Shown here piece after piece: positions 12,258 through 24,106 of a stretch of 64,000 nucleotides of DNA (position 1 is the first letter of the stretch; the number at the start of each line of letters is the position of its first letter). Under the pieces are notes generated by a model. The model saw only the letters and a program-made list of their open reading frames with translations. It was not told the DNA's origin and ran no database searches. Source of the stretch: Albugo candida. Taxonomy: Eukaryota. Position numbers and translations under genes: made by a program. The stretch spans positions 186,001 to 250,000 of the forward strand of contig JBDOQK010000028.1 in assembly GCA_040437565.1 (NCBI GenBank), read 5' to 3'.

Positions 12258-12661
12258 TACTTATCTGAGCGACCTCACCGTGCTACATAGAAACGATGCA
12301 AAAATTGTGTTTTCGTCCACAATAACGGTCCCGCCACCGGTAAATCGTTTCAGAACAGGAATGTTGAGTCTATTGGATGACAACACACGATGAAGCTGGC
12401 AATCTTGAATACGACTCATTCCTACTTTTTGCAAGATGGTATGTCTACCAATCGCTCGGCTTTGCCTCCCATGCCCATGACAATTGCCGGCCCTGGGGCC
12501 TTATCATTGTATATGAAAAAATTCTCGCTTGCAGAGATTTCATCGCCAGTTGTCGATTTTTCTACTTCTTGCCCTACGCGAAATAAAGCCTCCTCGATTT
12601 CTAGCTGCTTTTCTATTGCAACCCCTCGCAATCGGAGATAATTTAGTCCTATTTTTGACAT
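11734..12661 (-). CDS. Lipoate-protein ligase / lipoyltransferase (BPL_LplA_LipB family), multi-exon; the partial copy at 10686-11209 is artefactual
   Basis: QLEIEEALFR, AIVMGMGGK, PVLKRFTGGGTVIVD, DRKCGGNAQ (catalytic Lys) and HHTSFLWD. Confidence 0.88.
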
Positions 12662-13104
12662 TTTCAGTGGCTGGTGTTGATAGTTTGTTAATATTTCGCA
12701 TTTTGCTTTCGCGGTCGTTCGCGGGCATCTTCCAGGCAAATTACCGGTGTTTTATGCTAATAAGTGGATGCGTATTTGCTTGGAGCTTCTCTTCTTCATA
12801 CGAGCACTCGTTTAGTAAGGTGACTTTTGTAGCGATAGCCAGCTGTTCGATGTCACATGCTCTTTGCATCAGGTCAACTCAACTACAAAACAACTTTTTC
12901 TGCAGCAGGATCTTCATCATTATTCCCGATTGTTATAAATAGCTGGGCACAATCAACGCCAAAGCGCCGTTGGTAGCCGTTGCGGATAATGTACACACAG
13001 TCTCTGCGCTCTAACGTAACAATACTCAGCACACGCTCTCATTTCTGCACTTTATCCGAATGTAAGGAAAATTCTCTATTACAGAAAAAGCTTGCAGCTG
13101 AAGC

Positions 13105-13722
13105 ATGGAAGGACGCAAAACAAACGTTAACCCCGGTGTATGGAGAATACTTGTAGAACTGGCAAGTCTTATCGTGGATGTCTGTTTATACTGCTTCTTT
13201 GCTCTTCGAACAACCATTGCTGATTATTCCAATGTCGTTTGCGAAACTCACAAGAATCGGCTTATTTGTAATGTCAAAATCGATGAACCTAAATTCCAGT
13301 TGAAGCATCTCGTGAAAACTGAGAGCAAAGGCGATTCTGATTTACTTCTTGGAACTTTCGAAGTAATGCTCGATATCGATGAGATGCCTCGTGTCACCAC
13401 TATCATCTTGAAAGCATTTGGATGTCAGATTCCAATAGCACACGAATGTTCCCAGTGGGAGGAACCCTCGATGCCAATGCTGGATTTAACCTGCGAAACA
13501 ATTGAAACAAGTGACTATATACACACTTCAACAGAACCGAAGCTTTTCTCCTTTTCCAGTCGAAAGAAAAGCGCATTTACATTACTTGATTGCGGGTCAG
13601 CTCTTTCTATGAAAAAAATGGCGAGTAAAGTGACAAGAGTGACCGAAACTTCATTTACTTATGTCAAAGCAAAATCTAGTTCGTGGATCGGTGCCATTTC
13701 TGATGACGTAAAGATGAAGTAA
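13105..13722 (+). CDS. Hypothetical intronless protein (205 aa) with an N-terminal hydrophobic segment
   Basis: Clean ATG-to-stop ORF with the hydrophobic stretch ILVELASLIVDVCLYCFFAL. No family recognised. Confidence 0.55.
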   Translation: MEGRKTNVNPGVWRILVELASLIVDVCLYCFFALRTTIADYSNVVCETHKNRLICNVKIDEPKFQLKHLVKTESKGDSDLLLGTFEVMLDIDEMPRVTTIILKAFGCQIPIAHECSQWEEPSMPMLDLTCETIETSDYIHTSTEPKLFSFSSRKKSAFTLLDCGSALSMKKMASKVTRVTETSFTYVKAKSSSWIGAISDDVKMK

Positions 13723-13998
13723 TTTGTGAAGCATAGAGAACAAGTCATCCGAATTGCTCAGGCGGAGTAAGTTGTACCAAACTTGTCACATTTATAACAC
13801 ACCAAATTTCCTTTATCGTCGCAATTTTATTCTGATACTTCACGTTCAGATGAATACAAAAAGACTCGTTGATTTTGGATGTCTGACATACTATGGCCGA
13901 TTCACGCACTTCAACGATTATTTGTGTCCATTTCTATCTCTTAATCACCTCTGTCATGTAAGCAAAAGTGTCATCGCACAAAAGGGCTCTAATTTTTT

Positions 13999-14809
13999 TT
14001 ATTCTCCATCACTGCTCAGCGCGTAGTCTACAATCGATGTCTGCTCATTTGCGTTAGGCGATACGAGGCCATTTACCACCTTATCAATGTTACTCGAGGA
14101 GCTGCCCCCGCGCAATGAGTCACCTCTCTCTGGTTCAAATTTCGAAAAAGTTTGCTTTCGAGTAGGTCTACACGGTGATCGCAACAAATCATCCGTTCGT
14201 CGTCGTTTTGGTCTCACCTGAATCTCTGCGCCGATGCCAAAATCTCCAATATGGTTCATTTGCACATCTTGAGTTGGTTCCGCGCCCACTTTCGTATTTT
14301 TCTCATCCTTTAATGAGACGATGCAACTAATAAGATGCCTTTTCGATTGCGCTTGCAACGCCTTACTCCGATAATCTCGCAAAACTGCACACGTTTGCGT
14401 AAGGCGCATTGTCAGAACTGATATGCGTCAGAAATACCTCTCTCTTGCTCAGTCTTAATCCGTGCTGCTTGCTCCTGCTCAGCGCGTTTCTGTTCAAGAA
14501 GAAACAATCTGATTGCAAGCGAACTTAGCTTCTGATAATGATATCTGCCTTAATTTACCTGTCAGAAGCATCAAAGAACCCACGTCCATCGACCGCAGAA
14601 TGGCTGGCTCCCGCATCAAGACTCACAGAATCCTGCACATCGTAAAAAAGTTCACGTCCAGCTTCAGTTGACGTGTCAATGTCAGATCCAGGCATCAATT
14701 TGAATTCGGTTTTGGTGCCCACTGGCTTACTTCCCGTTGTTATTCCCAACACGGCGGCATGTGGAGCCTGCGTGTCCACATTTGCAGGATGCCAAGTCGG
14801 CACATCCAT
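13999..14809 (-). CDS. Hypothetical spliced protein, possibly FAM192A/NIP30-like
   Basis: Exons MDVPTW..GRGFFDASDR / LFLLEQKRAEQEQAARIKTEQER / ..AVLRDYRSKALQ..RPKRRR..SIVDYALSSDGE, with a basic NLS-like patch. The family call is weak. Confidence 0.5.
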
Positions 14810-14991
14810 CGAAGCCTCTCTTCTCCTGATTTGCTAAAATATTCAATGAAGGAGCCGAAGGTCGACCCGGTTCGTCGTTTAGCGTGTCTCTATTACAGCA
14901 TTCATTACAATCGACTCAACATGGGATTTGAAAAGATTATGGTATTCTATATGCAAAATCTTACGCCAAGGAACACCTACATTGGAATCGG

Positions 14992-17170
14992 TTAGATGCT
15001 TTCTGATGCGAGTAGTGAGAGCTTTGGAATGAAATTTTCTAATGAAAAGCGACTTGCTAGTTGGTGAGCCATATTATACATCTTTTTGGGATAAGATCTT
15101 TTATTTTGAACAGGGGCGCCTTGATGCAAGAGTAGAAAGACTTGTATCCAATGTTCGGCTTCTTTAGGCGACGAACATGCGTCACCGAGTGCGTATAACT
15201 TCTCCAGATNNNNNNNNNNNNNNNNNNNNNNNNNNNNNNNNNNNNNNNNNNNNNNNNNNNNNNNNNNNNNNNNNNNNNNNNNNNNNNNNNNNNNNNNNNN
15301 NNNNNNNNNTCTGTTTCCGAAATTCGTGAAAAAGAGCAAAACAAACATCGATTCCATGCACTCGAAGAGTTGCATCAAGCATATCCCAAAAAAGAACATG
15401 GTCAAGCTTCAGTCCATCAGACAAGATTAAGCGATACGTGTCGATTATGCGATCGATTTCACCATGGATTGCGTAGATGAATATCAGAGCCGTATATGTC
15501 TTCAGGTCTGGGCGCACTTCTTGACTCTTCATAGCCTCTTGAATTACAACGGCTTCTGATACTAGCTGCCGCTGAGCACATAAGTCCAGCATTGATGTGT
15601 ACACATGCTTGGATAACGGTATGTTTTCCTTCAAGACGGAGCGTAGGTGCTGAAATAGGTCGGACAGAGATAAGTCTCTGTAATTCGCGACTAGAGACTG
15701 GATTGTGTAGCTATCCGGTACCAAATTACCTTCCATTGTCATATCGTCAAACAGTTGTCGACCAACCTCGTACGCACGAACATTAGCACAACATAGTAAG
15801 GCCGAGTTATAAATCTGTAGTGGAAGTGTCCACCTGCCATTCGACAATGCAGAAGGTTGAGCACTTCTCTCAAAGGCCATCATGTCATCTAAAACTTCTT
15901 GCAAAAATTCCAGGTTTTGAGATTTACGGCAATATTCTACGGCCGTCCCAAAACCAGCAGCTCTAGCGAAATTCGTAAAAACCATCTGACGATAATATTC
16001 TCGAAAAAGATCTCGGTCTGATAACCCCATGCAAGCCGATAGAATATTAACATACATATTTTCATCCGGAACGAGCTTATGATTCTTCCACTGGCAGGCC
16101 TGGTCAAAACATACCAGGGCAAGCTGAAAGTTGCTAGTTGCCACGCTGCATTGGATAGCTGCACCAAAGAGAGAGATCATATTGCGAGCTGACAGTGGCG
16201 TCCCCGAATCCGACCAGCGCAAGGACTCAAGAAATGGAATTGTCTTAAGAAATTGCTGAATATACCACTTTGGGATTGATCGCTTGAAGCTTTCGTCAAT
16301 ATCGGGGCTTTTATAGACAAATTTTGCGCTAGAAAAAAGCGCATGGAACATCTGCGGTTGTGGTTGAAAGAGGGTCCACGTGCAATTGTCAACACTATAC
16401 AAGAACTTGAGGAAATTGTAGCCTTCAATGTGCATTTTCTTTAGCATCAATTTTGAGATCAGACACCCAGTGACAGAAGCCTCAAAATGACATCGATCTC
16501 GACCATTCAACGCTTGTAAGCTATGCTTGACGAGATGACATGCTTCATGCAAAGCACCTAGCTTGACAAGGCCATTCACAGCCCCACCTGTAACCTTCAT
16601 GACGTACGTCGAGCCTTGCAACTTTGACAAAGCGCGTAGAAGCGTTGGGGTTTCAGCTTTATTGTGGAATTCCAGTGTATGGGCCGAGAAATACAATGTG
16701 AAGATAATCTGATTCCATAATTTCTGATGCTGCATATATTGGCTGGAAGTAGAGTGTTGTATCAATAAGTTCCACAACTCCTTCGAGTCACCTGTTTTTC
16801 GAGAATGTATTCGATTCAAAATGAGATCGCGCCATACTTGGATCCACTTTGGATCGCTGCCTTCCAGTTCTTCGTAGAATTGAAGGAATTGGCTCGAGCG
16901 ATCGAAACGATCTTCGGTCAATAAAATTCTATCTAGCCTCTCAAGTAATTCATTGTTTTTTTCAGTGTACGACCGTCTCGGAAGCATTGTTTTCTGGACA
17001 TCATTATTGGGCCGACGATATGATTGCGCAAATGCCTCTCGTTTTGAGAATTTCATGCTGTAAAACTTTACATTTCTGTTAGCTTTAGCAGAGCGTACGT
17101 CTACTGCCGCGAGCAAAATCGGAGTTTGAGCGACCATCGTACGCAACGAACGCTTGGTGTAGGCAAGCAT
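14992..17170 (-). CDS. Pentatricopeptide-repeat (PPR) protein, probably mitochondrial, interrupted by N gap 15210-15309
   Basis: PPR-like repeats (PDENMYVNILSAC, IYNSALLCCA, PDSYTIQSLV, VYTSMLDLC, PDLKTYTALI) and a basic N-terminus. The likely C-terminus is in the 14992-15405 frame. Confidence 0.85.
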
Positions 17171-17866
17171 GACACGAATCTCAGTTAAGTTACTATCGAT
17201 TAATTACAATCGCAACAGTGCTGCGTTCGACTACATTGACCGAAAGCTTACGGAATGCGCGCACCAGATATTTGAGAGTGATATGCCTCTTTGTAAAGAC
17301 TCGCTAGTAGGATTTATAGGAGATATGACATTTAGAATGACCTGCCTCATTTGATTATTCTATCATTAGGATGACTACACAATACATGCATTCCAGTTAG
17401 AGAAACTTGATGAAGGCTCGGAATGAATTTCATGTTCTAGCGGCCAAAGATATGTGAAAAGAATACAGCTCAATTTACCACATGTGTCATTATTCGAGCT
17501 CGCATTTGACATACACTGATTATAGAATTGCAGCAAAACCAGCTGATTGGGAAGTATCAAGAATTGGCGGAAGGCTACTTTGCAGTATCAACTTATGCAA
17601 TCAGCAAGCGCTGAGAACTGAGCAACGCACACACTATCCTCGTTGAAAACTAGCAATGGTCACCTAACGGACCTTTCCTATCATTGATTTCGTCTTGTCA
17701 TCTCTAAAGGCGTTGATAACAAACAAACATACGAGGAGCACGTAGAATAACCAGATTGATGCATCATTATGTGTACTTATCAGGGGGGGCTACATCACTA
17801 GGCAAATCAAGGAGCTTAATTGCTACCAATGCTTCCATCTACGCCATGCCCTACTTTCTCGGTTTA

Positions 17867-19665
17867 CTATGACCAGTCTATGTTTGTGAGTTCTGAGAAG
17901 TAATTATAACGAAGTTGCGATCGCTTCTCTAGCCCGCGGTACTTCCGAAATCGTCGCAAAATCTCACTCTTATCCATGTCTTCCTGGCTATTGATAGATT
18001 GACGCATAATATGCAGCATCACGCGCTCTTCAATGGAGCCAAGCATCTGAAGTAAATTCGCTTGATCATCCTGCTATAACAAGCTTTAGCTTGAAAACTA
18101 AAACGAATGAATTCTACACACCGATACGTGCTGCTCGTATCCTTGATTGTCTTCCGGAATTGACGATATACACGACCATAGACTTTCTAATGGTACTCGT
18201 AGAGCTTGTATCCTGACAATTATATGAAAAATGTCCCTCTACATTCAAAGAGGTAAGACTCACTTCGATGATACTTGCTCCTGTTCTTCTGCCCAATGAA
18301 GGCTCAAGGCTCTGTCGATCTCAAGTTGAGTCGCTGCAGCTGACGCCAAAATATTCAGAAAAACTGACATGATTGAGTAGCAGCTTTTACATTACCTGCA
18401 GAACTAGACTTGGCTACTGCGGTTTCAGCAACGCCCTTTATCTTTTGGAGATGCGCAATCTTTTGCTCATTTTTGGCTGATGTTTCTCTAAGTGCTGCAT
18501 CTGTATCATGAAAAGTATGAGGCTTAACGCTTTACAAATCCAATGACAACCATACTCTCGAGTGAAATGGCTTGAATGCGATTGTATATATCTTTCTTGA
18601 CAACTTCCTGCTCAATATACCAGGCAATAAAATCGTCCAGACGAGACACTTGAGACTCCTGCCTCAACTGTTCTAGCAAACTTTTCTTTTGTTCAAACGA
18701 TGTGATGTGTTCCTCCAAATTAAGCCTGGTTGTCGAAGTCATACTAAAGAACAAAATCGCATTCAACTGCCGGTATAAGGGAATGAATCACAGCTTGAAA
18801 TCCTTACTGGTTCATTGTTTTTCTTGCTTTTAATATTTGTGGATGCAAAGAGTTTGCAACCTAACCAAGTGTTCAGCTTCATACACAAGTAAATGGATGA
18901 TGAGCTTTTCATTACCTCACGGAAACGATTGTCTTCCTTTTCACTGCTGCGTGTTGTGTCCTGTGTACTCTCTCGCAATACATTGCTCAATTCAGCACCG
19001 AGTTCCCGATCTTTTATGCGATATTCATTCTTATCGATTTCTAGCTCGCGCTGAAGAGCTGATGTTTCTTCTTTCAGTAAAAGCTGTTTCTTTTTGTAGA
19101 TCTCGATGTCGGCTTGTAAATGATGATTGACCATTTTCTTCTGTCTTATCTCCTCTGTCAGCTTGGCCTCCTTCATCGCTTCCTCCATCTTGATGTGGCG
19201 AAGGCTATCAACTCTCTGCGAGAAAATGCGAGCTCCAGCTATGAGACTGCATCTCAAGCAAACAATTACCTTTCGTAGCCTTCGTAACTCGTTGTTTCGT
19301 TCGGATGAGATAGATTGTAGTCTGTTCTCCTGTTTCTCGATCAAATACAGTTGCCTCCTTCTAGACAAAGCATGAAGACGTCACCACATATGTCTCACCA
19401 ATAAAGCATACCCGTTTCGTGCCCGATTTCCAGCTCGGTGATGTTGCTTGTTCTTTGAGTAGTACACAAACTCCGCCTCTTGTTTTCGTTGTTCTTTCAA
19501 GCGTGCTTCTGTAGCCTTTATCATTTTAATGGTCTCCTCAATTGATTTGCGTTCGGCTTGTGTTTTAACGTAGATCACGTCGCCTTCCGTCCGAACTTTT
19601 TCAAGCTCTGCTTCTAGAGCCATTGACCATTTCGTACGATTCCGATCAGCAGACTGCGGTGTCAT
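17867..19665 (-). CDS. Outer dynein arm docking complex coiled-coil protein (ODA1/CCDC63/CCDC114-like), multi-exon
   Basis: QENRLQSISSERNNELRRLRK|VDSLR, LDDFIAWYIEQE and the last exon NLLQMLGSIEERV..IDWS* match ODA-DC block patterns. Confidence 0.65.
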
Positions 19666-19749
19666 AGGTGAATCAACTGATCTCTCTTAAAGTGGATCTA
19701 ACAGCAAGCCAAAAGTCAAGGGGCTGCATCTAAACTTTGATTCGTTGCA

Positions 19750-21904
19750 GTTACTTCTATCTGCTATTTGTAGGGAATTGCATCGTGGCGATAGATCATA
19801 TACGAGAAGTCACAAGCTTGCACACGGGGGCTGAATGCGTTTGTGGAGTACTGAGATACACTACAAATGTAAACATTTTCAATTCTGCAAAGCGTGAAGA
19901 AATCAATGCATCAGAAATCCTCAATCACTTGATTGCTACCTAAAAGTCGGTACTTCTGTGAGATGCGCGATGAATTCTTGAAGGATCGGGTGTTAGTACC
20001 GAGATTGTGAGCTGTTCGTTTGCATTGTTTGAATTGATCAGCTCATAGAAACCTTCAAAAACACACAAATTGCCGTGAGCTGCAAGCCTTTCAACCGTCA
20101 CATATATCCGCCGTTTAAAGTAATGCCAGCATTAAGACGAAAGCGCGGTTAATGTTGAAGTGATCTCACCGGAATTGATGCGAAGCGGTCGTAAGAAAGC
20201 AATTCTCACCTCTCCGTAGTCATACTTTCCAGTAGATTTGTTCTGCTTTCGAAACTCTTTCGAGTGTGCGGTAAGCAAAAGACGGATGCCGCGTTCTTTG
20301 TGGTCTTCCATCGATTCGATGCTTAAATTCATATAGCTCAATGCTCATTCGAATGTAAACACTGGAATCTCCGCATAATATCGATAGCTACGACCAGGAT
20401 ACAGCACTATGCGCATGTCATTCATATCGACATTGTTGATGGAGCTGGATCGGTACATTGTTAGTGGGAGTTTGCCACTCGTATGACATCGTCAAAATAC
20501 CAGCAACCGTCTGAGCTCCAATAAATTCAGGATGAAACGCTTCAAGTACGCTGTCATCGTAGAAGGGGGCTTTCGGATGCCAAGAAGACCAACATTGAAG
20601 ACGACAAAGAAAGAGCCTCCCCAGCGCCGTGTCGATTTCAAAAATCAGGCCCGCTACATCAGCGATTGGATCAGCTTGAAAGGATTTTCCCAATTCGGAT
20701 GTAGGGGTGTGTCATTATCCGCAGTCATTAAGAAGAATTGTATTGTTCTGTCCATCCAAGATTAACATGGCATTTAGCGGGATTCGGACACACAACGCAC
20801 TTTATCGTAATCACCATGTCACAATTGATCATAACGGTTACGCATTAGCCGTCTCCTTCATATCCAATGTAAGCGTGGGTGGTGAGCGATCAGAACGAAG
20901 AGGCCGATTTCAAATCTCATTGTTAGCGTACGTCCAACAGCTTCATCGACTGCAGTGGAGTAGGCGCAGAATTAACAAGCTACTTATAACAACCCCAGTA
21001 AGCGTTTCCACTGCATTTATCAACTCCCGATCCAATTGCGATCTTAGCCGCTCCACACAGTTGTTTGTGCAATTGTGGCCTTTCACAATTTCTTCAATGC
21101 ACTTGCATGGCCTGGGATCAATCTTTCACCAACTTGATCACGAAGCAATCGATTGAGCCACCTTTTTGCACACGTTGGGACACTATCTAAACTGTGGTAA
21201 GAGAACATAATTCCTTTTGCATTCCCATACATAAGAGAAGCTTCACAAGCTGGAAGGCACGTGCCAGCAAAGTCGTAAGTAGATACAATCGCATCCGATT
21301 GATTCCTAGCATCTCCACCATTATACTTGTGTGAGTAGGCCACGTAATGCTTTAGTGTCACACTGGCTTGCAGAAAGCGACTGCTTGACCTTCTTGGTAT
21401 CCGATTCGTCTACGCAACGCCGTAGTTTGCATTTACAAGTGGATCTTTCGATGGTGTCCCATTGCTCTGCCCCATCACGGATCATGACTGATATTGATAT
21501 TGATGTTGACGGACCAGCAGCCCAGACCGATATGCGGTAGATTGTGTAATTCTCATAATTTTCATTAGCAGCGTCTAGCCTCAATGCTCGTAATTCAACT
21601 CCAATTACAGGCTGCATTTTACAAGCCTTATTTGGACCAAAAGCGGCTCCCAAACTTGCAGGATAACGGAAAATGTCATTGGGATAAGTCCCAAAAGCCT
21701 GAACCTCGTGCATACAATTTGGTCTCAATTATCTTCAGTTACCTCTCTACGTGAAACGCTTTCATGATTACCTGCTCTAGCCGTCAGCATTCATACTATC
21801 TCATCGAGTTGCAGCGATCGCAACAAAGCTCTGACCTGACGCGTAAAGAAAGCGAAAGGGAAGGATTACAGAACATAAATTGATCAAAGGGTACTCGCAA
21901 GCAT
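19750..21904 (-). pseudogene. Probable decayed gene (chain of frameshifted Cys-containing ORFs), possibly a secreted effector remnant
   Basis: Same-strand ORFs 21728-21321, 21361-21083, 20693-20418 and 20341-20132 follow one another. The start at 21904 reads MLASTL*SIYVL*SFPFAF..MLTARAG. Confidence 0.4.
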
Positions 21905-22094
21905 GAGCTTCAGAATGGTGGAAGTCGCTGAAAGCGAAAATATTGGATTATACACAAGATTTTCGATCGTGTTTATGACTAATGAAATCAATGCGCATTG
22001 AAAGCTTACGTACTTTGATTTTGGTGTAGGAATGTCCTTACGCCATCAAATATGGAGATCCATGGCTTGTCACGTGAAAGCTAACGACGAGAAA

Positions 22095-23818
22095 TTATTG
22101 ATTTAGTAGCCGCATTGTCCTCAAAGATACCGAGGTACCTCGGCAAATAAGATCGTCCATGACAAAAGCATAGCTTAACCCAGAGTGCTCGAATACACTA
22201 AATCTTGTGGCAAACTTGGAAAGAATGCATTGCATTGACTCAAATAACAAAATGTTGAAGAGTTCTCTACAGTTCCTAAACGAAAAGTCACGAAAACATT
22301 GACATCTCACATGCGTACATTTGCTGAATACTGCCACGCAATGGTTGCTGTTTTTCACGGTTGCGGGGCAAAATCGAAGCCATTTGGCATTGCAGGGATA
22401 GGTCTCGTGCTTCGACAACGGGGCGGGCTAAATCCTTTCAGCATGAGTGACGCTAGCGATTGATCCTCACAAGAACGATATGTCAACTATGTGGATCAAC
22501 CCTCAATGCTGACAAATTCGAAATTGCTCAACCCAGCCGCTGGTGTAGATGTCGAAGTTGAATAGTACACAATATCGTCCATATGACGGATCCATCGCAT
22601 GTATATTCACGATCCGAAGTTTATCGAACGGTAAACGGTATCGCTTTCGTCGCATTGAAATGACATCTGTGAACCTGGAGGTCATCTTTTGGCTAATATT
22701 CCCAGCTGTGCCTGGCTGAAAGCTCAGTTGGTCTGTCTTCTGCACACTCGGACGATAAATCGGGTATTTGCACGGATTACAGCGGAGACTAGACGCCACT
22801 TGGTTTTGGGACGATTCTTATCTCGGAGCTACAATGGTTTTCCAAAGAGGCCGTCAGCCTCTATTGATCGAATGACGTTAACTGCGTACCACAAGAATGA
22901 GAAGGTATCGCCCAATGCACCATAACTTCACAATCAATTCCTGCGACCGTGGTAATGCGATAGGCACAAATCTCAAAGAGAAGTGAGTAAAAACACAAAA
23001 TGCCATTCAAAGATACATATACCAAATTTACAGCGAGTTCTGGTGCATCGGCAATACTGAATGGTAGCACTGCATTGAAAGACGCGAGATTTATAGCGCC
23101 AACCCCCTTCATTTACTATGTGTCTTGTAGTAGCGCTATATTATCATATCTAACACGGACCAGCGAAGATGACAAGTGTTTCCAGGCATATGGAATCGTA
23201 TTTCAATCGCGGTCCCGGCCTGAAGCTACTTTCCACCAGCGCCAACATGCTGTAATTTGCGTTTGGATCCTTTCTGAATCTCAGGCCAGTCAATATAGAT
23301 AGCGTCTGTTCCGTCAGCTGACGCACACCACATGGGAGTTAGCGTGTGCTTCGCAGTCGGAGCCGATGACAGCACCTGAGGACTTGTGACCGACGTATAT
23401 AGAAGCTTTCAATATCATGCTGTACCATACTTCTCTTCCCATCGTTATAAGATTCATGAGCCAGATATCCTCATATACATCAGAATCCGTTGTAGATACA
23501 AGGAGTATTCATGTGAAGTCGAGTCATTCGTATCTGCTTATTTTACTCGAGTTGCGTATGAGACGCGCCGACAGAAAACTTTACACTTTGCTTTGCATCA
23601 GCAGCGAGATCCATTTGTAGCATTAATATGAAGCATAGGAGGTTGAGCTGGTATCATAAGGACGCTCTTCATGCACATATCATTTCTCAAGAAGGATAAG
23701 CAGCGAACTATAACGTCCGAGCATCCTGAATCAGACGTAGATTTGCAGGTACTCATTCTGCTTAACGCTTCAAGCTAGCTGAGAGGCACAAAAAGACTAA
23801 CGAAGTGGCACCTTGTAT
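22095..23818 (-). pseudogene. Possible second decayed gene in tandem
   Basis: Broken minus-strand ORFs 23112-22861, 22799-22503 and 22418-22095 (Cys-rich). A hydrophobic IQGATSLVFLCLSAS begins with ATA at 23818. Confidence 0.3.
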
Positions 23819-24106
23819 CGTTGATTATACGCTTTCTTCTCTATATCAACAGCAAGCTATTGTTGATCGAATAGATTCTATTACGTGGGATTAGATGATT
23901 TGATGGTTGGTTTACTTTTGATCCCCACTATCCCCAAGGCCAAGGTAGTAGGTCGTGCCAATGGGTCATCAAATCGATTTCAATCGCATAGTGAATACCT
24001 TCTTGAGACCAGGCTAGAGTCTCGGTGTATCGATCCATGCTTGGGCATCCCATGAGATACTATGCCGCACAGATAAGCTGAGTAAGCTGGCCAGTGTGAA
24101 GTGAAT

